Of a DNA stretch of 64,000 nt, positions 48,902-61,326 are shown piece after piece (positions within the stretch are counted from its first letter, which is position 1; every line of letters begins with the position of its first letter). The position numbers and the translations under genes were made by a program. The notes under the pieces were generated by a model. The model saw nothing but the letters and a program-made list of their open reading frames with translations. It had not been told where the DNA came from and made no database searches. The stretch lies in the NCBI RefSeq assembly GCF_036321535.1, contig NC_087439.1, positions 18,848,001-18,912,000 of the forward strand, read 5' to 3'. The DNA is from Camelus dromedarius (taxonomy: Eukaryota).

Positions 48902-49490
48902 TGTCAAAGAAAAGGGGGGATTGAAACTAAGCAGGACCCTATGAGCCTTTCCATGTCCCTAGTTTCTTGTTTGCTTTTTTTAAAAAAAAGACTTAAGTCT
49001 CCTAGGCCTTCCCTGAGTTCCAAAGAGCAGGCTCAAGCTGTTATAACAATTAGAGCAACAGAGTCATGGGACTCCTGGTTCCTCCTGAAGGGGTGTAGCT
49101 AATAACTTGATGCATATCTTTGAGTTGTTCTTTTGAAACTGAGGTCCCTTGCCAGATGGAGGATGGTGACTATGTGTTGACCACAAATACATAGACCCCA
49201 GACTGGACGGAACCAGAAGGTTGAGATTCCCGAAACATCACTCTGTTATCTCACCACTAACCAGTCAGAAGTTGGTCCAGGAGCTGATCGGGCATCCTAT
49301 AACCCTCTCCCCTAACACTGTCTTTAAAAACCCTTGTCTGAAAGTTATTGGGGAGTTCTGGTGTTTTGAGCACAAGCTGCCCATTCTCCTTGCGTGGGGC
49401 CCTGCAAAGAAACGTTTACTTTGCTGCAAACACCTGCTGTCAGAGTTTAGCTTTCTGTGCCAAGGGCATACAAGCCCTGGCTCTGTAACA
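48902..49490 (+). mobile_element. ERV1-like solo LTR (probably lineage-restricted; left boundary uncertain)
   Basis: tg...ca ends ('tgtcaaag' / 'ctgtaaca'); TATA-like 'tctttaaaaaccc' near 49320; degenerate poly(A) signal region. Confidence 0.6.
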
Positions 49491-50084
49491 CAGTTGTACT
49501 GGGAGATGAGGAACTTGGTGCCTCTGTCAGAACAATAATAGTTCCTTAGAATGAGAAGCAATTTAAAAGAGGGCTACATTGCCTGGCTCCACTGTCGTTT
49601 TACCTGAAACCTCTACTCCCTCCCCACCTACTGGCCTTCTTCTCAGGTCCAGTTCCTCTCCCAGGACCAAAGTCCCCAGGCGTCAGTAGAACCCTTCTCT
49701 TTTAAGTTGTGTTAACTAGGTCTTCCAGGCTGGGGCTGGCCCACCAACCAGACCTGTGAAGGCTTCAGAAAGAAATACCCTGGGAGGAAAAAATGATTCA
49801 CAGAGACTGCTCTCATCCTGAACAGCAGTTCCCAGGTTGGTTTCGGTTCAAGGTCAAGAGTTGAACCAGCCTAGACAAGTGATCCTCTGTGCCTTCAAAG
49901 TGAGGCCCTATTGAACCTGTCTGAGGTTTCTGGTCAGGCATTTGTGGAAGTGTGTCTAAGCCTCACCTTTCGTATAGTGGAGGGTTCTGAAAAGTTGGAA
50001 ATTTTCATGAATTATTTTGAAAACATTCAGACAGGTCCAGCTTTTCTGTGGGGTGAGAAGTAGCTACCTGATTTGTCATTTCCA

Positions 50085-50490
50085 TTTTTTAAAAAAAAAT
50101 TGGGGCAAATTAATATAACACAAAATTAGCCATTTTAAAGTATGCAATTGAGTGACATTCTGCACATTCACAATGTTGTGCAATCACTGCCTCTGTCTGA
50201 GTCTGAAACGTTTTAATCACCTCAAAAGGAAATCCCATACCCCTCAAGCAGTCACTCCCCCTTTCTCTGGCCTGGGCAACTACTTCTCTGTCTTCTGTCT
50301 CTGTGGATTTATCAATTCTAGATATGTCGTAAAAATGTGACTATACAATATGTGACCAGTGTGTCTGGTTTCTTTCACTTAGTATATTTTTGAGGTTCAT
50401 CTATATTGTAGCATGTATCAGAACTTTGTTCCTTTTTATGGCTGAGTCCATTGTATGTCTATAACATTTTATTTATCCGTTCATCCATCA
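50085..50490 (-). mobile_element. L1MB-like 3' UTR fragment
   Basis: 'ccattttaaagtatgcaattgagtgacatt...cacattcacaatgttgtgcaatcac...catgtatcagaactttgttccttttta'. Confidence 0.8.
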
Positions 50491-51689
50491 TTTCTATTTC
50501 TTTAAGATTAAACTACTGAAAACTATTTTTATTAACTTATGAGGCACATGAGAAGATTAAGTTGATTAGTGGCTCTTTCAAGGCACAAAACTAGTAATTT
50601 CTTTTTTTTAATTAAATTAAATTTATTCATCATTTCTATTTTTGGTCACCACTTAAGATCGTGGACATTGAGAAGTGTGAAACTGGGTGTTCAGGGCCGT
50701 TCTGTGTTCTTCAAAAGGAAAAGCAACTTGTAAAGGAAATGAAGACAGCCTAAGGTGTGATTCTCCAAAGTTGATGCCTTCAGTTGAAACACACCTTTAG
50801 CTGGTCAGGATGTCTCCATCCTCTGACTTTGTTGTTAAGGAAATGTGGGAGAGACATTTGCTGTATTTTAATTTTTTCCTATTCAGGAGAAAGCACTCAG
50901 CTTGAATCCTCTAAATGGGGGCTCCTTTACCTGATTCGTAATGCTCTTAAAGGAGACTTTTTAGGCAACATAAAAAGATGGTTGGTGAACACGGTTCTCC
51001 AAATCTCTAAGTATAAATGTAGCAGGGCTCAGACAGAGAGGAGACAGACACCTGCCTGGGGATGGGTGTTTGGGTCTGCCTTGTCTCCCACCCTGGGGAG
51101 TCCAGCCTCCCCCTTATCTTTAGCTCACTGTTTGTGCCAACAGACCTGGGGACCAATGAGGGCAAGAGAGCTGCTGTTTCTGTGACGCGTTTCCTCACCC
51201 AACCACAAACTGCAACAGAGGAGATGAGATAAAGAAGAGGAACCTCAACAGGAAAGATCACATAGGGAATGGATGTGAACAGTGTGTTTTCTGTGCCGTG
51301 ACAAGGGACCAGCTTGGGAAGGGCAAACCAAGGCATGGTTAGACCTGACTGGGAGGCGGGATGACCCCCCATCCCTGTATGGGGGGACCCTATGAGGCCA
51401 TCAGAGCTGAGGGATCAGAAAGGGCGAGTGCCCCTTTGATTTTTATCCCCCGAAGTTGGAGTCCTGGATGCCAAGGCTAAAGTTTACTAGCAGATTTTTC
51501 TAGAAGAATTTTCCTCCGAGTCCATTTCCCTGAATGAAGTACATAGAGTGAAGCTGGGATCTGAACCTGTTAATTAAATGTGATTAGTAGGAACATCAGC
51601 TGTCTGGGGCTACGTGTGTTACAGCTGAATTGGCAGTCACTTTCTCCATTTAAAGTAGCACTCAGGTTTAATTTACTGTTAATGCCCCT

Positions 51690-52228
51690 CTTTTTTTTTT
51701 TATTGAAGTATATACAGTTTACAATGCATCAATTTTTCCTGGTATACAGCATAATGTTTTAGTTATACATACATATATATATATTCATTTTCATATTTTT
51801 TCATTATAGGTTACTTACAAGATATTGAATATAGTTTCTTATGTTGAGCAGAAGAGACTTGTTTATTTTACGTATAGTAGTTAATATTTGTAAGTCTTGA
51901 ACTCCCAGTTTATCCCTTCCCACCCCCTTTCCCCTGAGTAACCATAAGATTGTTTACTGTATCTGTGAGTCTTTTTCTGTTCTGTTGATAAGTTCATTAG
52001 TGTCTTCTTTCTTTTTTTTAGATCCCACATATTAGTGATATCATGTGGTATTTTTCTTTCTCTTTCTGGCTTATTGTAAATAGTGGGATATATGTATCTG
52101 CTATGGGTTATATGTATGTTTTCGAATTAGAGTTCCCTCCAGATATATGCCCAGGAGTGGGATTGCTGGATCATACAGTAAATCTATTTTTAGTTTTTTG
52201 AGAAATCTCCATACTGTCTTCCATAATG
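51690..52228 (-). mobile_element. Camelid L1 3' end with internal deletion
   Basis: T tail and 3' UTR, then a jump from 'ctttctggct' to 'tattgtaaatag'; ends 'ctccatactgtcttccataatg'. Confidence 0.9.
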
Positions 52229-52910
52229 CTTAGAGCTCCCACTGGGGTCTTAGCCCTTTTCTGGGAAAGTGAGGGGCCCTTCAGCATGGCTTTATCTACA
52301 CCCCACCTAACACTGCAGTGCACTGCTGTGAGCAAAGAGAAGAGGCAGGAGACTGGAGTTTGAATGCACTTCTTGCTCTGGATAAATCATTTACCACCTC
52401 AGAACTGTAATCTCTAAGTGAAGGGCACTGGGGAAGTGTTTCCCAAGGTTTGCTCTGTGCACACCAACTCCTCTCAGTCATCGGTTGGTGGATGATACCT
52501 GGAGGCTTTGACTCCCAGCATTTGCCATTTGCCTCCTGAAGGGGCAGAGGAAGTCCTCAGGCAAAGAAATGCAGCCAAGTTAAGGCTCTGAAGTGGGTAA
52601 GGCCTGTCTTGCACAGGTGGTATAAATTTCCCTAGTGTTATATATTTAGGATACTGTCAATTTTTATATTAAAAATAACGGTCCACTTCACCAAATGATG
52701 TTGGGAAAACTGGACAGCAGCATGTAAATCACTAAAGCTAGAATATTCCTTCACACTTCACAAAAATAAACTCAGAATGGATTAAAGGCTTAAACATAAG
52801 ACAAGACACAATAAAGCTCCTAGAAGAAAACATAGGCAAAACATTACCTCACATACATCTCAGCAGTGTTCTCCTAGGGCAGTCTACCCAAGAAATAGAA
52901 ATAAAAGCAA

Positions 52911-53120
52911 CTGGGATTTCAAAATTGTAGAATAGATAAACAAGATTATACTGTATAGCACAGGGAAATATATACAAGATCTTATGGTAGCTCACAGAGA
53001 AAAAAATGTGACAATGAATATATACATGTTCATGTATAACTGAAAAATTGTGCTCTACACTGGAATTTGACACAACATTGTAAAATGATTATAAATCAAT
53101 AAAAAAAGTTAAAAAAAAAA
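52911..53120 (+). mobile_element. Young L1 3' end nested within the ORF2 of the host L1
   Basis: 210-nt 3' UTR plus A tail, near-identical to the reverse complement of about 39245-39445; host ORF2 resumes at 53121. Confidence 0.88.
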
Positions 53121-53460
53121 CAAACGGACCTAATTAAACTTATAAGCTTTTGCACAGCAAAGGAAACCATAAGCAAAACAAAACAACAACCTACAGAATG
53201 GGAGAAAATATTTGCAAAAGATGAAATTGACAAAAGTTTGATCTCCAGAATATATAAACAGCTCATACAACTTAATAAGAAAAAAAAACCCAATCCAAAC
53301 AGGGGCAGAAGACCTAAGTAGGCAATTCTCCAATGAAGGCATATGAATGACCAATAGGCACATGAAAAAATGCTCCATATCACTAATTATCAGAGAAATG
53401 CAAATCGAAACTACAGTGAGGTATCAACTCATATCAGTCAGAATGGCCATGATTCAAAAG

Positions 53461-53634
53461 NNNNNNNNNNNNNNNNNNNNNNNNNNNNNNNNNNNNNNNN
53501 NNNNNNNNNNNNNNNNNNNNNNNNNNNNNNNNNNNNNNNNNNNNNNNNNNNNNNNNNNNNNNNNNNNNNNNNNNNNNNNNNNNNNNNNNNNNNNNNNNNN
53601 NNNNNNNNNNNNNNNNNNNNNNNNNNNNNNNNNN
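53461..53634. other. N-run (174 nt)
   Basis: Seen directly; inside an L1. Confidence 1.
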
Positions 53635-54379
53635 GGAACCCTAATTCGGAAAGATACATATAACCCATAGCAGATACATGTATCCTACTATTTACAATAG
53701 CCAAGACATGGAAATAACCTAAATGTCCATGGACAGATGACTGGATAAAGAAGGTGTGGTATATTTATACAATGGAGTACTATTTAGCCATAAAAAACAC
53801 AACATAATGCCATTTGCAGCAACATAGATGTCCCTGGAGAATGTCTTTCTAAGTAAGCCAGAAAAAGAAAGAAAAATACCATATGATATCACTCATATGT
53901 GGAATCTAAAAAAAAAAAAAGAAGAAAAATGAACTTAAATATAAAACAGAAATAGACTCACAGACATAGAATACAAACTTGTGGTTGCCAGGAGGGTGGG
54001 GAGTGGGAAGGGACAGACTGGGAGTTTGAGATTTGTAGATACTGACAGGTATATACAGAATAGATAAACAAGTTTATACTGTATAGCACAGGGACATATA
54101 TACAAGATCTTGTGGTAGCTCATGGTGAGAAAGAATATGAAAATGAATGTGTGCATGTTCATGCATAACGGAAAAATTATGCTGTACACCAGAAATAGAC
54201 ACAAAATTGTAAACTGACTATAACTCAATTAAAAAAAACCCTAAAAAAATGGTCCAATTGAACAGAGGTTTAATTCATTATTATTGTTACTGTTGTTATT
54301 TGGCATTTTAATGATATTTCCTCACCAGTGTGTCCCAGAGTGGGATTACTGGGCCAAAGAATATTTTCTAACTTGTAAT

Positions 54380-54806
54380 GGTTAGGACACTGGTTAAATT
54401 GCTGACAGTAAAGCCTGAAATACAGTGAGACTCAAAAATATAGTGACTTCACAAAGAAGAAGGTTTACTTCTCTTTCATACAGCAGACAAGAGGTGAGTT
54501 AGTTCGGGGTCTGAGGCTCGACTCTGCCATGTCCACACCGACTTGCACCTCTGGTCCTGGATGGCTCCCATCATGTCCCAGCCAACCAGGGATGAAAACA
54601 TTAATAGGGCACATGTGCTTTTCTTACGAGGGCATGGCTCATAAGTGACGCTTATTTTTATACCCACATCTCATTGTTGGGACTTAGTACCATAGGTACG
54701 TTTAAAACGGCAAGAAGGCTACAAAATGTACTTTTTAGCTTGGCTAAGCCTAATTAAAATTCAGGAGTTTAAAGATAGGGAGAATGACTATTGGTGGGCA
54801 ACCATA
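54380..54806 (-). mobile_element. MaLR LTR (MLT1I/J-like)
   Basis: 'cccacatctcattgttgggacttagt...aagaaggctacaaaatgtactttt...gggagaatgactattggtgggcaacc'. Confidence 0.65.
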
Positions 54807-55884
54807 TTCTTGGCTGGGAGACTCTTGCCAGGTTCTTTTCCAAAATGATTTGTGCTAAATTTCAGTTCTACCCAAATTGCATGGGCATGCCCATTGAACA
54901 ATTGTTCTTTAAAAACCTTTTATTGTATAAAACCTCCAGACCTTGTAGGGAGATTGATGTAGAAGACATGTGAGACAGTTTTGTACACAGGAAGCAGGTG
55001 GAGACAGAGATGAACTGAAGTGCTGAGTTGCAGGGTTAGACTCTGCTTGGCTTGGAAAGGGTGGGTGCAAGGTAGAGCAGACAGGAGATTCCCTGGAGGA
55101 GGTGACTTCACATGGTGGTTGCAGGAGGATGTTCCTGGTCAACTCTTGGTCATCTTTGCTAATAGGGCCAGGAGTCATTGAAGGAAGTCTTCACTCAACC
55201 CTCAGTGCCATTCTAGCCAACTTTTTAACTTCTTACTAAATCTTTGCACTGCCAATAAGTAGCCAAATGGTAGGGTTTTGAAATGTTCTTCCTTTTCTGG
55301 ATCTTTGACAAACTATTGAGTGGAATAAAGAAATCAAAGGGGAGGCAGGAAAAGAGAACTCATGCATGTGAGAGGAGTTTAGGGTTACTGACTGGTGCAG
55401 AGAAGAGAGGTTTTCCAGCTGCTAAGGGTGTGTGCTTCTCCTAAGCCACAAAGAAACCCTTGTGAACAGTGAGGTCTGCCCTAAAGATCTAGTCTTGAGT
55501 CCAGTTACTAAATATCTTTAACCAGACAGTCTCCCCTCTGGATCCTTTTCCTTTGCATTCCATGAAACGGAGAAAGGAAGGGACTAGTGTAGTTGTTGGA
55601 TGAATGGCTGGAATGAGATGATGGTGAATGTAGCTGAGGTTCTGAGTCCAAAAATCTTCATCAAAAGTGTGAAGAAAATACTCATTTTAGTCCGATCTCT
55701 CCTAGAATCTCCATCTCCATCACTTCCATTTCCATCTTCCATTCTTCACCAGTACTCTCATGATTGTCCATATCTTCTCCTGTCCAAAAGGTGGGCAGTA
55801 TCTCATCTTCTCTGTTTTTCTCTTCCTACCCCTACTGATGTGTGTCCTACCATCTTATTCTACATTTTCTGGAGCCTAAGCCTT

Positions 55885-55965
55885 CTCTCCATTCCTCCAT
55901 CTCTCCTTCCATCCATCCGTCTTGCCATCCACCTATCTATCCCATCATCCAACCAACCATGCAAC
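55885..55965. repeat. Degenerate (CCAT)n low-complexity tract
   Basis: Repeated ccat/tcca units seen directly. Confidence 0.6.
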
Positions 55966-56922
55966 CGTTTGGGTAAGCTAATTTAAACTACAGTGCTAAT
56001 GGCTTTTAAAGTCTCAACATTAAGCCTTCCCCAGTTTAAAAGATTTCTGGCATGATAAGAGGCTAATGGGGTAAATATTTAGGGAGGAACATATGGTGAA
56101 TTTAGCTGTCATATTCTCTACTTAATCATAGAGCTAGTTAGCTTAAATCTGTTATGTCAGCCAATTTGAAGATGGTTTTGCTTAGTCCAAAGTCACCTCT
56201 GCCTAATTGCTGTCATAATGGAATGTGAAATCACCTCATAGCCGCAGCCACAAAGGCCCTATTGCTGGAAGGTCCAGGTTTGCAGCAGGTGAGGAGGCCT
56301 CTGCAAGGCACCTGCCCTGGGGCTCATTGCTGACCTCCTTGGAGAGTTTCAGTGGTAGGGCTCCTTCTGTGGTCAGGGTACCCAGATTGTGGATATGATC
56401 TGTCCTGTCATCACTTTCACTCTGATTAGCTTCATTCGGAAGAACATTTGACAGCTTCTCACAAATGCAGGTCATCGTGGGAAAACCAGTTCCTCTGTAT
56501 GGGACTGATTTAATCTCTTTGCATAGAGGCTGATCTTGGGAGAAAAATATGCTCCTCACGTCAGGCACGTAGGACATGTCAGCCCACAGCAGCTCCTGAG
56601 GCATCTTGGGTTTTCTCACTGGGGGCCTCTCGGTGTCATGGGACAGTCAGCTAAGAGGTGTCTGGCTGGCTTGGGCCCTGGTGCGTCAGTCACCACTTGG
56701 CTTGGTGCCACTCAGCTCTGGGAGTAATCACACAATCTGTAGCTTAGTGGGACATCCTGCTTGCTTTGGATGACTCAGAACTCCCCAGCAGCTGGTTGAA
56801 GCTTTGTTTATAGCTGTGCCTCCTGTTCACTCCACACCCCCAACTCCCTATAAGCCACTCCACAGGTGGCTTGACTTTTGGTGCAAATAAAAGTTTGAAG
56901 TTTGTCAACTGTTGCTTTCTTT

Positions 56923-56924
<2 letters not shown>

Positions 56925-56970
<46 letters not shown>
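56925..56970. repeat. (TG)23 microsatellite
   Basis: Counted directly; longest perfect dinucleotide repeat in the window. Confidence 0.97.
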
Positions 56971-56975
<5 letters not shown>

Positions 56976-57786
56976 GTATCTAAACAAAATTAAGCTGTGG
57001 GGAGTCCATTAATAAAAGGTTTCTATTACAAAATTATTGGCACTCTGTAAGGCATTTTGGAGGAGAGTGGGACAATCAATATTACCTAGACTGAAATAGC
57101 AGGGCAGACATTACTCGGGGGAAATAGACTCTTAAGTAGAGAGGGAATATAGATTTCTACCCAGGCAGTCAATGTTTGAATATGATGAAACAGCACGTTA
57201 GAATCCATGGTCTGGCAATTATTTGAAAAGTCTGGGGGAGACTCTAAATGTACTTTAAGAAAAGAAAAACACCCTCCTCCCCCCAAAAATAAAACCCTCA
57301 GCTAAAGTGTCTCAGAAGGAAAGAGTAAGCATTCCACAGAAGATTAGAAACCAAAAATGCACAGCCTTTGATTAACTTGTGGAGTTAACTAAGGCCACAG
57401 AAGTGGTGAGCTGACCTGTATTTGCTTGGGTAGGGGGAGGGAGGGGCCAGGGAGCCCATGGAGTCTTCTGGAGCAGGGTGGTTAATGAGAAACTATTCCT
57501 CAACTTTAAGTCTGTGCCTTCACTTGTCTTTTGGAAGCTTCGTGAAAACGAGAGGGGAGCACAGTGGATTGTTACCCAGAGAGGATCAATTGAATGGGAT
57601 GCAGTTTTCTCTCTGTCTCTGTCATGTAGGCTGATTAACCTGCAGGCTGGTGAAGTGCAGCTGGCAGCTAATCAGGTCATTGTTGGGTACCATTTGCAAA
57701 TTGCTGAGCTAGGGATCTCTGGATGGCTCCAGGGATGAGGGGAAACTTGAATGAATGAGGAAAGGGAAGGAGGGAGGGAAAGACTA

Positions 57787-58106
57787 CAGCTTTTCCTTGG
57801 NNNNNNNNNNNNNNNNNNNNNNNNNNNNNNNNNNNNNNNNNNNNNNNNNNNNNNNNNNNNNNNNNNNNNNNNNNNNNNNNNNNNNNNNNNNNNNNNNNNN
57901 NNNNNNNNNNNNNNNNNNNNNNNNNNNNNNNNNNNNNNNNNNNNNNNNNNNNNNNNNNNNNNNNNNNNNNNNNCCATTGCCTGCACGCAGCAAATTCAAG
58001 TTTTGCTTTTTGGAACTTTGAAATCTTATTTTTTTATTTTTTAGTACTTTTGATCTGCAATTGGTTGAATCCAGGGGGTGTAGAACCTGCAGCTACAAAG
58101 CTACTG
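57787..58106 (+). mobile_element. MER2-like Tigger MITE (middle in N-run)
   Basis: TA|cag ... ctg|TA ends; 'gcaaattcaagttttgctttttggaactt...ttggttgaatcc'. Confidence 0.72.
57801..57973. other. N-run (173 nt)
   Basis: Seen directly; inside a MER2-like element. Confidence 1.
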
Positions 58107-60109
58107 TATAATACTTTTAGATGCTGCCTTTAATCTTCAACGATAAATAGCTGAAGGGCTCATGCACCCAGGTCAGCTTCCCCCAGGTGTATTCAGAAGA
58201 GGGTTCACGTCCTGTATAGTATAAATTGGTGTTTTATGGGGATTTTTTTTTTTTTTAATGGAGAAGAGATGTCCTATGGTCTCATCCATTTGGGAAATAT
58301 TCATTCAACAGGTTTCTTTAGTGTAGTCTTTCTCTGAGCTTTCAGTAAACTCAAGTGCCTTATGGGGCTTCTTTATGGGCTCATCATGGCCTCTCTTGAG
58401 ATTATTTTATTGGGGAATTACTTCTTCAAGGACAATATCCTGGGACAGGCATTCTGAGAAATGGAGTTTCGGAGATAATAATCCAGGCCTTTGTACTGCT
58501 TGCAGGCAACACTGAGCCACTTCCATGCTGGGTTCCATCTTTAAGCTGGACGACCCTGTCATCATCCTTTGATAGGAGCCCAGAAGTTTCCTGCCAGGGC
58601 ATGTTCCTGAGCAGTTCTCATGACATCAGCCCTCTGCTCATTCAATCATTCATTCATTCATTCACTGATGTACTCATTCATCCAAACTCCAGCCTTGTTT
58701 ACTCTTGTGCTGCTGGTCCTGACTCTGAGCACTTACTCTGTCCTCAGACTTAGACCCCATGCCCAGCTCCCAGCCCTGCAGGGTTGGAAATGCCCCGATT
58801 CTTCCGGAATTCTGACATCCAGTGCTGCCATGTAGTTTTGGATATGTTCTTTGGCTTTGCCTTGTCCTCTGAGTTCATTGTCTCTAATTGTCTTCAAGGT
58901 CAAGACTGTGAGCCAGTTCAGCTCTTGGCCTTGTATAACCCACCTCTTACTCAGTTTTCTCAGCCAGGATAAGCTGAAACCCTCATCTCTTCCTCTTGAG
59001 AGCACAGATTTGTGTACCATTCATCCTCTGAGCCTTTCCCAGCATCTCAGCTGTTCCCAGAGTCAGAAAGTTTTGCCTGTAGTGACATAGATGTTTCTTC
59101 CAATTGATGAGTAAGTTACTTCCTCCTGTTTTTCCACAAGAGCAATGGAGACTAAAGGGTGTTGGACATTGGCATTTTAGTGCAGTGGGCTTGCTAAATC
59201 TGCTTTCTTCTTCTGGAAGGGAACAGCTCCCACCCAGGTGTGGCCCTTCAGAAGCCCTCTGAGGACCTCCCCTGGGGTGGAAAGGAGCCAACAAAATCTT
59301 CTCTGGCCCTATCCTCACCTCCTCCATTTAAATGGTGTCATTTAACGGTCACAACCCTCAGAATCCCCATCCTGGAGAAAGCTCCTTTTAGAGACATGGC
59401 ATCACGGCCATGTGTCCAGTGGGGACAGTCCTACTACACAGGCCTATGAGATGATGTCCCAAATGTCTTACTTTTGTGTTGACTCATTATTTCCTTTAGA
59501 GACCCAGAGGGTCCAGTTCTCTCTGGTGAAGGTATTTACTCCACCTGTTTTATGGGAGATAAACATGGCAAGAAAATTATTCCTACCCAGAAGCTCAGGG
59601 TAAACAAATCAAGGAACTGAAGAGCTCAAGATTCTCTCATACCCAATCCATAAAGTCTGGGAAGAATTAGACAGAGTAATTAACCATCATTAGCAGCTTC
59701 TTAGGTCCATTTTATTTCACTTTCTGCAAATGGCATTCTTTATCCCACCAACCAATAGGACCAATCAGGAACATATCATGTGGGGAACACATGTATCTTT
59801 CTGTCTCCAAAATTAATAGGAAAATAGGCAGTGGGAAAGGGAGGACACGAAGAAACTGTATTTTTGGACAGATAATTTACCCAAAGTGCAATTGCTATCT
59901 GTTTATTATAGACATTTTGGAAAAGACAGAAGCAGAAAGAAGGAAAATTAGTCTATGAGGCTAAATGGTAAAAATTTCACTCTGGTGTCGGCACCTGGAA
60001 GGGCTGTATTTTTCTTGAGCAACTGCTGGGTTTTTACCCACAAGCAGAATAGATCTTGTATATAATCGTATCGCCAATTTGTACTAGTTCCTAGCAATCT
60101 CTGCACTGT

Positions 60110-60230
60110 TCATTCATGGAATAACCAATTATTTATTGAACAGTTTATGGAATGCCTACCATGTGCCAGGAACTCTGCTGGGCCTTGTGGATACATCAGT
60201 GAGCTAACCAGACATGGGGCTGTCCGTATG
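60110..60230 (-). mobile_element. L2 3' end
   Basis: 'tttattgaacagtttatggaatgcctaccatgtgccaggaactctgctggg'. Confidence 0.65.
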
Positions 60231-60899
60231 CACACACCACCTCGGTGGTGTGGTCTGAAGGATGTTGACGGGTATTAATATGACTCATTGAGTCTGTAGC
60301 TAGTACTGTGTTAGCAGTTGGAATATGTGTTGGGAAAAGTTAATTTCTCTAATACTGTATGTGTATTCTCTCCAAGTTTTTCCTTCTCCCCACTCCAAGG
60401 CCCACGCTGATGTGCTCTTGCCTGTGGGTGAGGTTCATGTTGCTCCTCATTTTTGGTGGAGGCCTCTGGGAGGACCTCTTGCAGGGGATGGTGGCTGGAG
60501 TCCCAGAAAAGGTGGGAAGGGAGTAGTGTGGTCAAAGGAGATAGAGGTAGAAATTAAGAAAGCCAATAGCTTCTGCAGAACTGAAAAGGGGACAGATGGG
60601 GCCAGCTGGAGGTGGTGGGAATCTATGTCCTTCTCCCTGAGGGATCTGGAGGGAGAGTCAGGCAGGAGGACTCCAGCTGCCTGTGCTCCGAGCAGCAGCA
60701 AAGGTCATTACACCTGCCTGTGCAAGAGAGAACTAAGCCACCCGCCTCACAGGACCATGAAGACCTTGGCAGTGGGCATCTGCCTGCTGACCAGTGTGGA
60801 GTGATGACTGTGGGGTCCCCAATGTGTCATGATTCATGAGGTATTTACAGACTTTGTAGAGCTTTATGTAAGCTACTTTGATTACACACCAGTCTTTGG

Positions 60900-61326
60900 A
60901 ACATAACAGCAGCCAGCATAAACTCACTACCAACCTGGGATAAAATCAAATTCAGATCAAATGTGGCCACACAGCAATCAAGGTGTATCAGGACTGCACT
61001 CCCTCTGGAGGCTCTAGGGGACCATCTGTTCCTTGCCTCTTCCAGCTTCTAATGTCCGCTGGCATTCCTTGGCTTGTGGTTACATCACTCCAACTTCTGC
61101 CTCTATCTTGACACCAGCTCCTTCACTTCTGTCTGTATAATCTTCCTTTATAAGGACAGTTAGCATTGAATTTAGGGTCCATCTGGATAATCTAAGATCA
61201 TCTCCTTATCTTAAGTTCTCTAACATAATTACATCTGCAAAGAGCATTTTTCCGAATATTTCACTTCCACAAGTTCTGGCAATTTGGCCATGGACATATT
61301 TTGGAGGTCACAATTCAACCCACTGT
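60900..61326 (-). mobile_element. MaLR LTR (MLT1D-like)
   Basis: 'ctggaggctctaggggaccatctgttccttgcctcttccagcttct' ... 'attcaacccactgta'. Confidence 0.8.

Larger units (their letters stand above)
52686..54242 (+). mobile_element. 5'-truncated L1 (decayed ORF2 C-terminus and 3' UTR) hosting a nested L1
   Basis: ORF 53347-53670 ([27 protein letters not shown]) is the L1 ORF2 C-terminus; TSD aaaaataacggtcca (52671-52685) / aaaaaaatggtcca (54243-54256) at a TT|AAAA site. Confidence 0.93.

Noticed and set aside
60325-60804. 159-aa ORF
   Set aside because: No recognisable protein; weak start; overlapped by equally uninformative antisense ORFs.
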